The position numbers were made by a program, and so were the translations under genes. The notes below the pieces were generated by a model. The model saw only the letters and a program-made list of their open reading frames with translations, was not told the origin of the DNA and made no database searches. DNA of 40,541 nucleotides, from assembly GCA_046292405.1 (NCBI GenBank), contig JBKBRD010000001.1, forward strand, positions 1 to 40,541, read 5' to 3'. Position 1 is the first letter of the stretch. Each line of letters begins with the position of its first letter. Shown here in pieces: positions 10,113 through 19,270 of the stretch. The DNA comes from Bosea sp. (in: a-proteobacteria). GTDB taxonomy: Bacteria > Pseudomonadota > Alphaproteobacteria > Rhizobiales > Beijerinckiaceae.

Positions 10113-11267
10113 TTATCGCCTCAAAGGTCTGAAGAAAGCTCGGATGTCCTCAGCCAACAACTGAGGCTGCTCCATTGCCGCGAAGTGACCACCTTTCGGC
10201 ATTTCTGTCCAGCGGACGACGTTATGGCAACGCTCCACCCAAGACCGCGGCGGCATCGGCAACTCGCGAGGAAACAGAGCCACGCCGAGAGGCGGCTGGA
10301 CACGTTCACGCGGCCTGAAGTGAAGCGGCTGGAGGCTATTCTCCTTGTAGACCCGAATCGAGGCGTCGACCGTACCGCTGAACCAATAGAGCGAGATGTC
10401 GGTAAGCAGCGCGTCAAGACTGAAGACCTGCTCGACGTCCCCCTCGCAGTCGCTCCACCCACGGAATTTCTCGACGATCCATCCTGCGAGACCGGCAGGC
10501 GAGTCATTCAGGGCATAGGCCAGTGTTTGCGGTTTCGTACCATGCATGTGGGCGTACGCCCCTTCTGCGGCGGCCCATGCGGCCGCAGTGTCGAGGAACG
10601 ATTGTTCTTCAGCAGTGACAGGTGGAAGCCCTTCACCGAGCGGCGGCCGATAGCCCCCCGAAATATAGTTGAGATGAAAGCCGACGACTGACTGTGGAAA
10701 ACGATGCGCCAACCAAGTTGAAACGCCCGCACCGACATCACCGCCCTGGGCGCCAAAGCGGCCATATCCTAAACCACTCATAAGGGCGAACCACAGTTCG
10801 GCGATGCGTGATGATCCGAAACCTGATCGATCCGGCGCCTGCGAAAAGCCATACCCGGGCAGTGATGGGACCACGACATCAAACGCATCAGCCGGATCGG
10901 CACCGTGCGCACCGGGGTTGGCCAAGAGCGGGATGATCCTCTCCATCTCGACAAAAGATCCCGGCCATCCATGGGTCAGGATCAGCGGGAACGGTGCCGG
11001 CCCAACCCCTCGTTGATGAACGAAGTGGATCAAGAGGTCATCGATGCTCGCCAAGAACTGCGGGAGTTGGTTAAGCCGAGCCTCCTGTGTCCTCCAATCG
11101 AACTGCTCCTGCCAGTAACCCATAAGACGCCGCATGAAGACTAGGCTGCTGCCATCGTCCCAGCTCACGTCATCGAGCGACCGGGGCCAGCGAATGTGAC
11201 GGAGGCGTTGCTTGAGGTCCGCAATCATACTTTCTTCGACGTGTATCTTATATGCTCGGATGTCCAT
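10113..11267 (-). CDS. Epoxide hydrolase (alpha/beta hydrolase with N-terminal EHN region), cargo gene
   Basis: HGWPG oxyanion motif, SLPGYGFS, GGDVG nucleophile, GGHFAAMEQP catalytic His; visibly more AT-rich than the backbone. Confidence 0.92.
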   Translation of the reverse strand: MDIRAYKIHVEESMIADLKQRLRHIRWPRSLDDVSWDDGSSLVFMRRLMGYWQEQFDWRTQEARLNQLPQFLASIDDLLIHFVHQRGVGPAPFPLILTHGWPGSFVEMERIIPLLANPGAHGADPADAFDVVVPSLPGYGFSQAPDRSGFGSSRIAELWFALMSGLGYGRFGAQGGDVGAGVSTWLAHRFPQSVVGFHLNYISGGYRPPLGEGLPPVTAEEQSFLDTAAAWAAAEGAYAHMHGTKPQTLAYALNDSPAGLAGWIVEKFRGWSDCEGDVEQVFSLDALLTDISLYWFSGTVDASIRVYKENSLQPLHFRPRERVQPPLGVALFPRELPMPPRSWVERCHNVVRWTEMPKGGHFAAMEQPQLLAEDIRAFFRPLRR

Positions 11268-11385
11268 GGTTCCACCTCAAGGTTTTGGCGTCACCGTGAT
11301 AAGCTAACGTCAAGCATCATAGTCTTACTACGAACCGAGGGCTGCGGACAGCTGTGCGCCGCAGGTCGGTAAGAGTGAGCGTCAT

Positions 11386-13125
11386 TCAAAGGCTGAGACC
11401 GCGGTTGCGGCCGAAGCTCCAGTCGACGCCGCCGGCGCCGCGCGATACGCCGGAGACGTGCTGGCCGATCTGACGTTCGAGGGAGGGCGACCAAGGCACG
11501 AGTTGGAAGCCGAGGCCGTCGTCGATCATCGCGAAGCGGCCGGAAGCGAGCGCGAAGCGCTGGCGATAGGTGCCCGCCACATACTCGCCCGTTGCGGCCT
11601 TCGAGAATTGTCTGCCGGTCTCGGCCGCGAGCTTCTCGCCAAGGGCCTCGACCTCGCGCTGCCGGAGCGTGTCGATCAGCCCGGGCGAGAAGCTGACGCC
11701 GCGCGTCTGCCGCTCGGCGAGGCCCTGACCGACGAGATGCTCGGCCCGCCTGTCCATCGCCTGGCGAACCTCCGCGCCGAAGCCGCCACCGCCGAGCGCG
11801 ACGGGATCGCGGGCGATCGTCTGCCGGTCGAGCCAGGTGGCGCCGGTCGCGTTGACCTGACGTTCAATGTCGAGATCGGATCGGACGGCCAGCGCTACGC
11901 GACTGCGTCCCTGCGCGTCGTCGAATTTACGCAGCTCGACGATCGAGCCCGGCGCGCTGTCGCCGGTCGCGTCGAGGTCCGGCAGCTTGATGTGATGGGT
12001 CCGTCCGTCGGTGCCATCGACGACGGCATAGGCCGTGCCCTTCAACTCATCGTCGAGACCCCGATCGACCAGCCGGCCGACGATGGGATCGTTGATGCTC
12101 TCGCCGGCGAGCACATAGCTCGCCGCGCCGCGCTCGATGCCGCGCTCGGTCAGGCCGCGATGAATGCGCTTGATGATGTCACCACGTTCGCCCAGCTCGC
12201 GCAGGGTCGCTTCGGCGTGCCCGGACACGGCCCATTGGCCGGGGCCGACCTGATCCGCGAGGCCGAGCGTCTCCAGTTTGCGCAGGCGCCCGACTTTCAT
12301 CGCGTGGAATTCGTCGGGCTGGCGGTCAGGGTGGGGGGCGAGATCGACGACGCCGGTGCGATAGCTGTCTCGGGCAAGTTGGCGATCGAGGTTGGTCCAG
12401 CGATCCGCCTCGATCTGCCGTTCGAGATTGCGACGGATCTCAAGATCGGTGCGCGGCCCCAACTCCTGGGTGACGAGATCCTGCGCACGGGCGCGCATGC
12501 CTTCCTTGATATAGTCGCGCGAGATGACGAGGTCCTGGCCGTCATCGGTGCGGCCGCGCAATATGATGTGGACGTGGGGATTGTCGGTGTTCCAGTGATC
12601 GACGCCGACCCAGTCGAGCTTGGTGCCGAGGTCCGTCTCCATCTGCCCCATCAGATCGCGGGCGAAGGTCTTGAGGTCGGACATCTCCGTCGCGTCCTCG
12701 GGCGAGACGATGAACCGGAAATGATGCCGGTCGTCCTGGGTCCGCTCGGCGAAGGCCTTGGGATCGGCGTCCTCGGTCTCGGGCCCGAACAGTCGGGCCT
12801 TCTCTCCATCCCGGGTGACGCCCTCGCGCCGCAGGTAGCTGAGGTGGGCGGAGAGCGGCGCAGCGCGAGCGGTGTGCCGGACGACACGCGTCTTGATCAC
12901 CGTGTTGCGCGATCGGCTGGTGAGCAGCCGATTGGCCTGCACCGTGGCGCGCTGGCCGCGCCCGAAACGCGAGCGGTTGCCCGAACTGATCTGGCCGGAG
13001 CGCGAGACCCTGCCGCCGGCGCGCTGGGCGGCCGCGAGCGCCTGGGCGATGAAGGGCCGTGTCTGCTGTGCGCGGGTTGAGCGGATGCGGCCTGGCCGGA
13101 TGCGGAAATCGTCCTCGCTGCTCAT
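11386..13125 (-). CDS. rlxS: MOBP/VirD2-like relaxase with DUF3363-type C-terminus (RlxS-like)
   Basis: AHLSYLRREG (catalytic Tyr), HHFRFIVSPED, HWNTDNPHVH (HUH). Start MSSEDDFRIRPGRI at 13125. Confidence 0.93.
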   Translation of the reverse strand: MSSEDDFRIRPGRIRSTRAQQTRPFIAQALAAAQRAGGRVSRSGQISSGNRSRFGRGQRATVQANRLLTSRSRNTVIKTRVVRHTARAAPLSAHLSYLRREGVTRDGEKARLFGPETEDADPKAFAERTQDDRHHFRFIVSPEDATEMSDLKTFARDLMGQMETDLGTKLDWVGVDHWNTDNPHVHIILRGRTDDGQDLVISRDYIKEGMRARAQDLVTQELGPRTDLEIRRNLERQIEADRWTNLDRQLARDSYRTGVVDLAPHPDRQPDEFHAMKVGRLRKLETLGLADQVGPGQWAVSGHAEATLRELGERGDIIKRIHRGLTERGIERGAASYVLAGESINDPIVGRLVDRGLDDELKGTAYAVVDGTDGRTHHIKLPDLDATGDSAPGSIVELRKFDDAQGRSRVALAVRSDLDIERQVNATGATWLDRQTIARDPVALGGGGFGAEVRQAMDRRAEHLVGQGLAERQTRGVSFSPGLIDTLRQREVEALGEKLAAETGRQFSKAATGEYVAGTYRQRFALASGRFAMIDDGLGFQLVPWSPSLERQIGQHVSGVSRGAGGVDWSFGRNRGLSL

Positions 13126-13135
13126 GGCCGCGGCC

Positions 13136-13297
13136 CCGCACATCGCGCGAAGCCGACGAAATCCTTGCAGAAATCGCGATAGCGCAGGCTGCGCCGATCA
13201 GGCGCACCTCGCGCAGATGCGCCATAAGTCTCTGAAAACACACGACCGCACCAAGCCGCACCTCGCGCGCTTTTATCTCGCCATCGTGCGGTTGTGT
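13136..13297 (+). other. Putative oriT
   Basis: Directly upstream of the relaxase. Three GCACMTCGCGC repeats (~13138, ~13203, ~13258). TTTTATCTCGCC (13271-13282) resembles the MOBP nic core TATCCTG/C and sits inside an imperfect IR, ACACGACCGCAC...GTGCGGTTGTGT. Confidence 0.7.
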
Positions 13298-13369
13298 TGC
13301 CTGCTCTCCCTCCTCGGACCGCCATCCTTCCGCCAGAGCACGCTATTCCACGAAATACTGCGAGCACCG

Positions 13370-14131
13370 TCATCGCGGCCCCCCATCGCCGTTTCGGGCG
13401 ACAAACAGGCCTGCGGATTGCGGAGCGATGGCTGTGGCATCGCGCACCGGAGTTGCAGCCGGGGTCTCATTCGACGCGCTATCGCCGGTCGTCGAAACAG
13501 CGGTGGCGGCGCGCTCGGATTGCACGATGAACAGCGGCGAGCGCGTCCAGGCGTTGGGATCGGCGGCCGCGACCGTGACGGGAGCAAGCGCGTCTGCGCC
13601 GCCGATAATGGGCGCGAGCGAGGCGACATAGGCGCGGGTTTCAGCGGGCAACGGACGGCCAGCAAGATACTCTTCATAGCGGCCGGGACCAGCATTATAG
13701 GCCGCGAGAAAGCCCGGCGAACCGTAGCGGTCGTGCATCTCGCGCAGGTAGGCGGCGCCTGCCAGAATGTTGTCGCGTGGATCGTAAGGATTCGCGCCGA
13801 GCCGGTGACGGGCGCGCAGATCAGCCCATGTGGCGGGCATGACTTGCATCAGGCCCATCGCGCCGGCCGACGAGATCGCCCGCACGTCCCCAGCGCTTTC
13901 GACGCGCATGACGGCGCGTATCCAGTGCTCGGGAATGCCGAAGCGTTGCGCGGCCTCGGTGATGAATGTGGCGTAGGGAGCGACGCGAGAGGGGCGCTCG
14001 GCGGACACCGTCTGCGCATTCGCATTGGCGCAAAGCGGTGCGGAAAGCAGAAGGCCGGAAAGGAGAAGGAGGACTGTGCGCCGGGCGGTGTTTGACCGCC
14101 CGGCGACAGCTTTGGGGAGCGGGACCGACAT
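13370..14131 (-). CDS. Lytic transglycosylase (SLT domain)
   Basis: VMRVESAG, GAMGLMQVMP and AAYNAGPG motifs after a signal/TM segment. Confidence 0.93.
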   Translation of the reverse strand: MSVPLPKAVAGRSNTARRTVLLLLSGLLLSAPLCANANAQTVSAERPSRVAPYATFITEAAQRFGIPEHWIRAVMRVESAGDVRAISSAGAMGLMQVMPATWADLRARHRLGANPYDPRDNILAGAAYLREMHDRYGSPGFLAAYNAGPGRYEEYLAGRPLPAETRAYVASLAPIIGGADALAPVTVAAADPNAWTRSPLFIVQSERAATAVSTTGDSASNETPAATPVRDATAIAPQSAGLFVARNGDGGPR

Positions 14132-14134
14132 CGT

Positions 14135-14482
14135 TCAGTCCCGCTCTGCGCGCTTGGGCGGACGATTCCAGTGCAAGCCCCAGGCGGACTTGTCGTCGGC
14201 GGACTGGAAGAGGTTAGCGCGGATCGGATGACCGAAGGTCGGATCGTCGATCTGCAGCGAGACGTAGTCGCCGGCCTTCTCGCCAGTGCGCTTCCAGCCC
14301 GCACCGATCTCCGCGCCAGTTTCGTTGTTCATGCTGTCGAGAACATGGACGCGGAAGTCTGGCGCGTTCTCGGCATCGGACGGTTCGGCCGGAACGATGA
14401 TGATGTCCTGGTGCAATGTCAGCGTCATTAGGTGGCCGATGAAGCCGTCATTTTCGCTCGTGAATTGACCGATGAGGGACAT
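14135..14482 (-). CDS. DUF736 family protein
   Basis: IGQF...ENAPDFRV...EIGAGW...DDPTF...ANL pattern. Confidence 0.88.
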   Translation of the reverse strand: MSLIGQFTSENDGFIGHLMTLTLHQDIIIVPAEPSDAENAPDFRVHVLDSMNNETGAEIGAGWKRTGEKAGDYVSLQIDDPTFGHPIRANLFQSADDKSAWGLHWNRPPKRAERD

Positions 14483-14527
14483 GGGTTTCTCCTTGGCTGT
14501 GCGGTGGACGGGGTCATGGGCGTGCCG

Positions 14528-15073
14528 TCACCGCGTCGGCGCGCGCCAGACGAAGCGGTCATCGCTGTCCTCGTCGGTGTAGACGGGGGTGGCCCGGCCG
14601 ATGACCGAGCTGGCGGGGAGCGTGCCGAAGTAACGGCCGTCGAGGCTGTCGCGGACCTGCCAGTTCATCAGGAACAGCTCGTCGTCGGCGATGACGCGAC
14701 ACCCCTGCCAGATCGGCAGTTCGCGGCCCCGACGATCACGGTCGAGCGCGTCGCCGATGGCGTGGCCGTCGACGGTGATCGTGCGGCCGGATCGGCACAC
14801 ACGTTGACCGGGAAGGCCTGCCACCCGCTTCAGCAGCGGCACGCCGCGTGGCAGATATCCGCCATCGGCAAGGAACGTGGCGATCGGCTCCGGCGCCGCT
14901 ACGGCGACGAGGTCGGTCGCTTCCAATCCGTCGCTGGCGCTGATCGCATAGAGGCCGATCGGCGTGCTCGCGGAGGCATTCCAGATCAGCTTTGGCGCGA
15001 AGGAGACGATCGACAGGACGCCCATCAGCATCACCGCGAAGTACGTCGTCATGACGTATCCAAAGCGGCTCAT
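14528..15073 (-). CDS. traF: S26-family pilin-processing peptidase TraF
   Basis: WNASASTPIGLY, LLKRV, DSLDGRYFG motifs. Confidence 0.92.
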   Translation of the reverse strand: MSRFGYVMTTYFAVMLMGVLSIVSFAPKLIWNASASTPIGLYAISASDGLEATDLVAVAAPEPIATFLADGGYLPRGVPLLKRVAGLPGQRVCRSGRTITVDGHAIGDALDRDRRGRELPIWQGCRVIADDELFLMNWQVRDSLDGRYFGTLPASSVIGRATPVYTDEDSDDRFVWRAPTR

Positions 15074-15588
15074 GGCATGATCCTCCGGCGCAAGAGGAAG
15101 GCGCGATGCTGCTGCGCGTCGTAGGCGCGCGGTGTTTCACCGGCCGTCAGACGGTTGTGAACGTGTCGCCAGTGATCGGGCGAAACATCCGTCGCATCGA
15201 TGTCCCGCGCCTCGATCGCGTCGATGAGCTGAAGTACGCGTTCGACCTTAGGCCATCCATCGGCGCGCAACAGGATGTCGCCACCGGGGCGCACGAATGG
15301 CAGGGTCTGGCAGCGCTCGCCGGTACGAACGGCGCGTACAATGTCGAGCCGCGAAAGCGCAGTGCCGTAGTCGTTGGAGGTCCAGCGAACAAAGGCGAAA
15401 ACACTGTCCGGTGCGAACGACACGACGCGTCGGCGGCGGTCGAGGATCTGTTCGGCGATCTCGCGGCCGAACCTGATCCAGAATTCGATCTTCTTCTCGA
15501 CCCACGTCAACTCGACATGGGTCAGTGCATCGGCCGCTGGCGCTGGCGGCAAGCCGCTGCGCAGCGACGGGTCGGCGACACCGATCAT
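15070..15588 (-). CDS. DUF2840 family protein
   Basis: THVELTW...WIRFG...FVRW..NDYGT...GWPKVERVL. Start set at ATG 15588 (ATGA overlap with the upstream ORF). Confidence 0.85.
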   Translation of the reverse strand: MIGVADPSLRSGLPPAPAADALTHVELTWVEKKIEFWIRFGREIAEQILDRRRRVVSFAPDSVFAFVRWTSNDYGTALSRLDIVRAVRTGERCQTLPFVRPGGDILLRADGWPKVERVLQLIDAIEARDIDATDVSPDHWRHVHNRLTAGETPRAYDAQQHRAFLLRRRIMP

Positions 15589-15839
15589 CGCGGCTCTCCT
15601 TCGCTGGTGGGGAACTCGCGCTCGAACAGCGCGCGCAGCATCTCGGCGACCGTCTGTCCGCGCTGGAAGGCGGCAATCTTGATCCGGCCGCGCATGTCGG
15701 CGGTGACGTCGATCGTCAGCCTGGCGGTAAATTCGGCGGCGGGGTCCGCGCGCGGCGATGGACGGTCTGGCGCCTTGATCCAGCTTTCCGGATCGGCCGG
15801 CCGGGACGCGAAACTGCGTTTCGAGGACCGCTCGCTCAT
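15585..15839 (-). CDS. ParG-like ribbon-helix-helix partition protein
   Basis: FTARLTIDVTADMRGRIK RHH motif; ATGA-coupled to parA. Confidence 0.8.
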   Translation of the reverse strand: MSERSSKRSFASRPADPESWIKAPDRPSPRADPAAEFTARLTIDVTADMRGRIKIAAFQRGQTVAEMLRALFEREFPTSEGEPR

Positions 15840-16474
15840 GCCCCGATCCTCGTGACTTCGGCGGCGAGCGCGGCAATCTCCCGCGCGGCGGGCGATGTAT
15901 CGTCCTGCTCGGCCGCGAGCCGTCCGGTCTGCACGACATCGGCGAAGGCGATGCGCTGACCGATGGTAGTGAGGAGCGGCGGGGGATCGTGTTCCGCGAG
16001 CGTCTCAGCGGTTTCGCGGGCGAGGATCGTGCGGGCTGCACAGCGGTTGAGTACGAACCGCGCCTTGAGGTCCGGTCGATAGATCCGCGCTTCGCTGAGC
16101 AGCGTCAGCATCTCGGCCGACGCCCAGCCGTCGAGCGGTGACGGCTGCACCGGGATCAGTACAAGATCGGCAGCCAGCAGCGCCGAGCGCATCAACCCGG
16201 CGACACGCGGCGGTCCGTCGATGACGACATGATCGACGTCGCGCGCCAGCTCTGGCGCCTCGCGGTGGAGCGTGTCGCGCGCGAGGCCGACAACACCGAA
16301 CAGCCGCTCCAATCCCTCCCGGCCGCGCTGCTGTGACCAGTCGAGCGCCGATCCCTGTGGGTCGGCGTCGATCAGCGTGACGCGCTGCCCATGCCGAGCC
16401 CATTCACCGGCGAGATGGAGGGCGAGCGTCGTCTTTCCGACGCCGCCCTTCTGGTTGAGGAACGCGACGATCAT
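15836..16474 (-). CDS. parA: ParA-family partition ATPase
   Basis: LNQKGGVGKTT, IDADPQGS, VIDGPP. Confidence 0.95.
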   Translation of the reverse strand: MIVAFLNQKGGVGKTTLALHLAGEWARHGQRVTLIDADPQGSALDWSQQRGREGLERLFGVVGLARDTLHREAPELARDVDHVVIDGPPRVAGLMRSALLAADLVLIPVQPSPLDGWASAEMLTLLSEARIYRPDLKARFVLNRCAARTILARETAETLAEHDPPPLLTTIGQRIAFADVVQTGRLAAEQDDTSPAAREIAALAAEVTRIGA

Positions 16475-16610
16475 GACGGTCTCCCGGCGATCGGGGACTC
16501 GTCCACAGCGGTCGAAAAAGCGGGGTCCGTTAGAAAGATTCCGTAGGAATCTAGGTTAGATAAGTTACGGGGCTCGCAAGCTGCTGATTCAGCGCGATGA
16601 ATCGGCGATT

Positions 16611-16677
16611 CCGGTCCCCGATAGCACGAGAGTCCGGTCCCCGATGGCACGATAGCGCCGGTCCCTGATAGCACGAG
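16611..16677 (+). repeat. Three 20-bp iterons (putative oriV, with adjacent AT-rich tract ~16530-16567)
   Basis: CCGGTCCCCGATAGCACGAG (16611), CCGGTCCCCGATGGCACGAT (16634), CCGGTCCCTGATAGCACGAG (16658); 23-24 bp period, just downstream of repA. Confidence 0.85.
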
Positions 16678-16682
16678 ATGAT

Positions 16683-17570
16683 TCACAGCTTATCCCCAGG
16701 TCGAGTTGTCGAGCGGCGACGGCGGCGCGGGATGCCGAGCGCGTCGGGATTGGTGGGTACGAAGGACAGGATTTCGGGGCCGCCGAGGCACTGCTCGATG
16801 GTCAGGCGATAGCCCGGCAGCGGCTGGCGGCGCACGATGTCGCGCAGGTCGTAGGCGAAATGCTTGAGCGGCGAGAGACTGCCGGACTTCGCGTGAAGAT
16901 GCGGGAAGTCGAAGCTCCAGCCGTGTTCCTGCTTGCCGCCGTGCTTGCGCACGAGGCGGTAGAGCCAGCGCTCCAGACCGCCGGTCAGCCTGAAATAGTT
17001 GCGGTCGATCGTCAGGACTAGCGCGTCATCGAGGACAGCGGCGTAGAACCAGTCCGGCACGATCAGTTCGAGCCCGAGCGGGCGGCCGCGGTGATCGGCT
17101 CGCTCCTTCCATTCGTTGATCCAGGAGAAGCGGTGCATCCGCCGCTCGGTCGGCTGGCGGATTGAGGTCGCTATGGTGGTGGACTGGAGGCGGTCGAGCG
17201 CGGCCTTAAGCCGGTCGTAATTGCGCAGCGAGACACCGCGTCCAATGAAGTTCAGAATCTCGTAAGGCGTGGTCGCCATCAGGCGTGACGGGCGCAGGCC
17301 GACGTCACGGGCCTCGACGATTTGCGAGGCCGCCCAGATCAGAACGTCCGCGTCCCAGATCGTCGCCATGCCGTGCTCGGGCACGGCTTCGACACGGATT
17401 TTCACCGAACCCGCCTTGAAGTCGATCGGCGTCAGGCGCTTCGACTTGGCAAGCGAGAAGAACGGATAGGCCATGAGGTCCTGCGCGTCGCGCGGCGCGA
17501 GATCGCCGGGCAGCGCCCGGAACAGATCGAGCTGCGCACGCTCGTCGTGCTGTGTGTGACGGGACGACAT
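16683..17570 (-). CDS. repA: Replication initiator protein RepA (RPA family)
   Basis: DLMAYPFFSLAK, GMATIWDADVLI, ALDRLQST, YFRLTGGLERWLY. Confidence 0.93.
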   Translation of the reverse strand: MSSRHTQHDERAQLDLFRALPGDLAPRDAQDLMAYPFFSLAKSKRLTPIDFKAGSVKIRVEAVPEHGMATIWDADVLIWAASQIVEARDVGLRPSRLMATTPYEILNFIGRGVSLRNYDRLKAALDRLQSTTIATSIRQPTERRMHRFSWINEWKERADHRGRPLGLELIVPDWFYAAVLDDALVLTIDRNYFRLTGGLERWLYRLVRKHGGKQEHGWSFDFPHLHAKSGSLSPLKHFAYDLRDIVRRQPLPGYRLTIEQCLGGPEILSFVPTNPDALGIPRRRRRSTTRPGDKL

Positions 17571-17581
17571 GGCGTGTCGTC

Positions 17582-17863
17582 TCAGCGCGGCCGGCGGCCG
17601 GCGAAGCGGCGATCCGACGGCTCCTGCCGCTTGGCGGGGAGCACCGTGCCGCGCGGGTCAGAGGTCGAACTGACGAGGCCGCGATCGGCCCAGGTCTGGA
17701 GATCCTCTATGGCGTAGACGACTCGGCCGCCGAGCTTCCTGTAAGCCGGGCCGGTGCCGTAGGTGCGGTGCTTCTCCAGTGTGCGCTCGGACAGTCCGAG
17801 GAAGCGAGCGGCCTCCTGCGTGCGCAGGTAGCGTGGCGGGATGCCGGCGGTCGTATCGGCCAT
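17582..17863 (-). CDS. rdfS: Excisionase / recombination directionality factor, RdfS-like (MerR-type wHTH)
   Basis: RYLRTQEAARFLGLSERTLEKHRTYGTGP..RKLGGRVVY. Confidence 0.88.
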   Translation of the reverse strand: MADTTAGIPPRYLRTQEAARFLGLSERTLEKHRTYGTGPAYRKLGGRVVYAIEDLQTWADRGLVSSTSDPRGTVLPAKRQEPSDRRFAGRRPR

Positions 17864-17950
17864 TGTCGAGCCTCCGTGGTCTCATCGGGGGCCGCTGCCG
17901 TCAGGCGGCGGTTCGAGAGCACGGTGGCGTGAAGGCGGTGGGTCGGACGA

Positions 17951-17978
17951 TGTCGGAGATAGGAATCTAGTTTCGACA
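17951..17978. promoter_or_regulatory. Inverted repeat upstream of rdfS, candidate FseA-binding site
   Basis: TGTCGG-N16-TCGACA (5/6 dyad), about 90 bp upstream of rdfS. Confidence 0.5.
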
Positions 17979-18001
17979 CGCCGCAGGCGGTCGATGGCGG
18001 G

Positions 18002-18761
18002 CTATGATCGGCGGGGTCGGTGCAGGAGGGAGCGGTAGCCGCCTTCAACGAGTTTCACGCCGTCGCGCGCCAGCCGGATCGTGATTTCGCGCAGCGCGTC
18101 CCCGGCCCAGGAGGCGGCGTCGATTCTATGACCAGGGAACAGAACCTCCCCGATCGATCGATATGTCGCGCCGGCACGACGTCCATCGACCGCACGCAGC
18201 ATTTGGCGCGCGCGCTCGCGGCGCTGCGGCGTCATTCGAGGGTCGTTCGGGACGCGCTTGCCTTTGATCGCGCTCCAGAACCGGGTCAGCGCGGTCTGTC
18301 GATCCGGTGTGAGGGCATCGAACATGACCATCGCCGCGAGCGGGTTCTCGTCCTGCGGGTCTGCGAGCGTGACGTCATAGTGCTCGCCGCGAATATCGAG
18401 CCTCAGGTGAGAAGGGTCGTGTTGGAATATGGCGCGGAGCCGCAGTTCATCGGCAGTGATGGAGAAGCCGTCAGGACGTGGACCTGCGGCGAACAATATT
18501 GCCGCGGGGTCGATTTGTGGGGTCCAGAAGATCTGCTGGCTGTGAGCCGGGATAAGAGGGTCGGCGCCGAAATCGCAACCCCCATAGGTTCGCAAATTCT
18601 TCCGCCGTTTCGAGTGAAAGCCGGCCGCTGGACACAAGATCCTGATAGGCTTTCCGGTAGTCAGGGTTTCGGCGCAGGAATTCCCAGGCAAGGTCACCCG
18701 GATTTAGATTGTCGATATAGTCATAGGCGGTCTCCGATCGCCAACTTTCATCTTCGGACAT
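18002..18761 (-). CDS. fseA: FseA-like transcriptional activator made by +1 programmed frameshift (msi172-like 18471-18761 fused to msi171/DUF2285-like frame ending at 18002)
   Basis: The N-terminal ORF has AWEFLRRNPDY, then TGG GGG TTG CGA TTT C. The +1 frame continues FGADP... into a DUF2285-type domain (LRAVDGRRAGATYRSIGEVLF...GGYRSLL). Confidence 0.87.
18567..18584 (-). other. +1 programmed ribosomal frameshift site
   Basis: TGG.GGG.TTG.CGA.TTT.CGG fits the msi172 motif TGG.GGN.NTN.NNN.TTT.C. Confidence 0.85.
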
Positions 18762-18858
18762 CCTCCACCGCCTCCGCGCAATTGTGACGCAACGCGAGTC
18801 AAGCAGCGGTCACATTCCCAAGTTGAGTATTGCGTGGGAAGAACGAAGTCGGATCAAC

Positions 18859-18879
18859 GTGATGCAGGTTCTGCATCAC
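18859..18879. promoter_or_regulatory. Perfect 9-bp inverted repeat between qseM and fseA (operator or hairpin)
   Basis: GTGATGCAG-GTT-CTGCATCAC. Confidence 0.5.
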
Positions 18880-18880
18880 C

Positions 18881-19156
18881 TCAGTGCAGGCGGGGACCAA
18901 GAAGCTCGCAAAAGCCGTTTTCGATCATCCATTTCGCGCGAGCGAGGTGGGCGGCATGAATTTTCGCAGCACGGTTGGGGTCCGCTGCGGGATCGAGGCC
19001 GAAGAGAAGCTCCACGACTTCCTCCCAGGTCGCGCCGTCCGCCTCGGCGTCGAGCAGCCTCAGGTACAGCTTCAGATGCGCCTGGTCATAGGCGGTGAGC
19101 GCCGGGCCGAGCGGCGGTTCGTCCAGATATTCTGCGTTGGTCACGATGAGCCCCAC
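18881..19156 (-). CDS. qseM: QseM-like antiactivator (small DUF2285-related HTH protein)
   Basis: LTAYDQAHLKLYLRLLDA...FGLDP...HLARAKWM...G..ELL closely follows QseM as I recall it; adjacent to fseA. Confidence 0.8.
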   Translation of the reverse strand: MGLIVTNAEYLDEPPLGPALTAYDQAHLKLYLRLLDAEADGATWEEVVELLFGLDPAADPNRAAKIHAAHLARAKWMIENGFCELLGPRLH

Positions 19157-19270
19157 GAGTCATTCGTATCCAATCTGGAGCGGTTTGTTAACCGTAATGA
19201 TATCCCGCGCCACACCGCCGCGGTTTGACGCAAAATCAGGATGGTCGGACGGGTTCGCCCGAAAAAGTCG

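Noticed and set aside
11458-14095. Long + strand ORFs (540 aa, 407 aa) and other antisense ORFs such as 5076-6299, 7963-8982, 22432-23568 and 30912-32180
   Set aside because: Shadow frames of well-supported minus-strand genes in high-GC DNA, with no recognisable motifs.
16611-16677. Direct repeats as a possible CRISPR array
   Set aside because: Spacers are only 3-4 bp, there are no cas genes, and the repeats are adjacent to repA, so they are iterons.
16471-16686. 71-aa ORF between repA and parA with repeated SGTG peptides
   Set aside because: The repeats are the translated iterons and the region is better explained as oriV. It does overlap both neighbours by 4 bp, so translation cannot be fully excluded.
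18471-18761. Split of the DUF2285-type gene as a pseudogene or sequencing error
   Set aside because: The junction matches the known programmed +1 frameshift motif.
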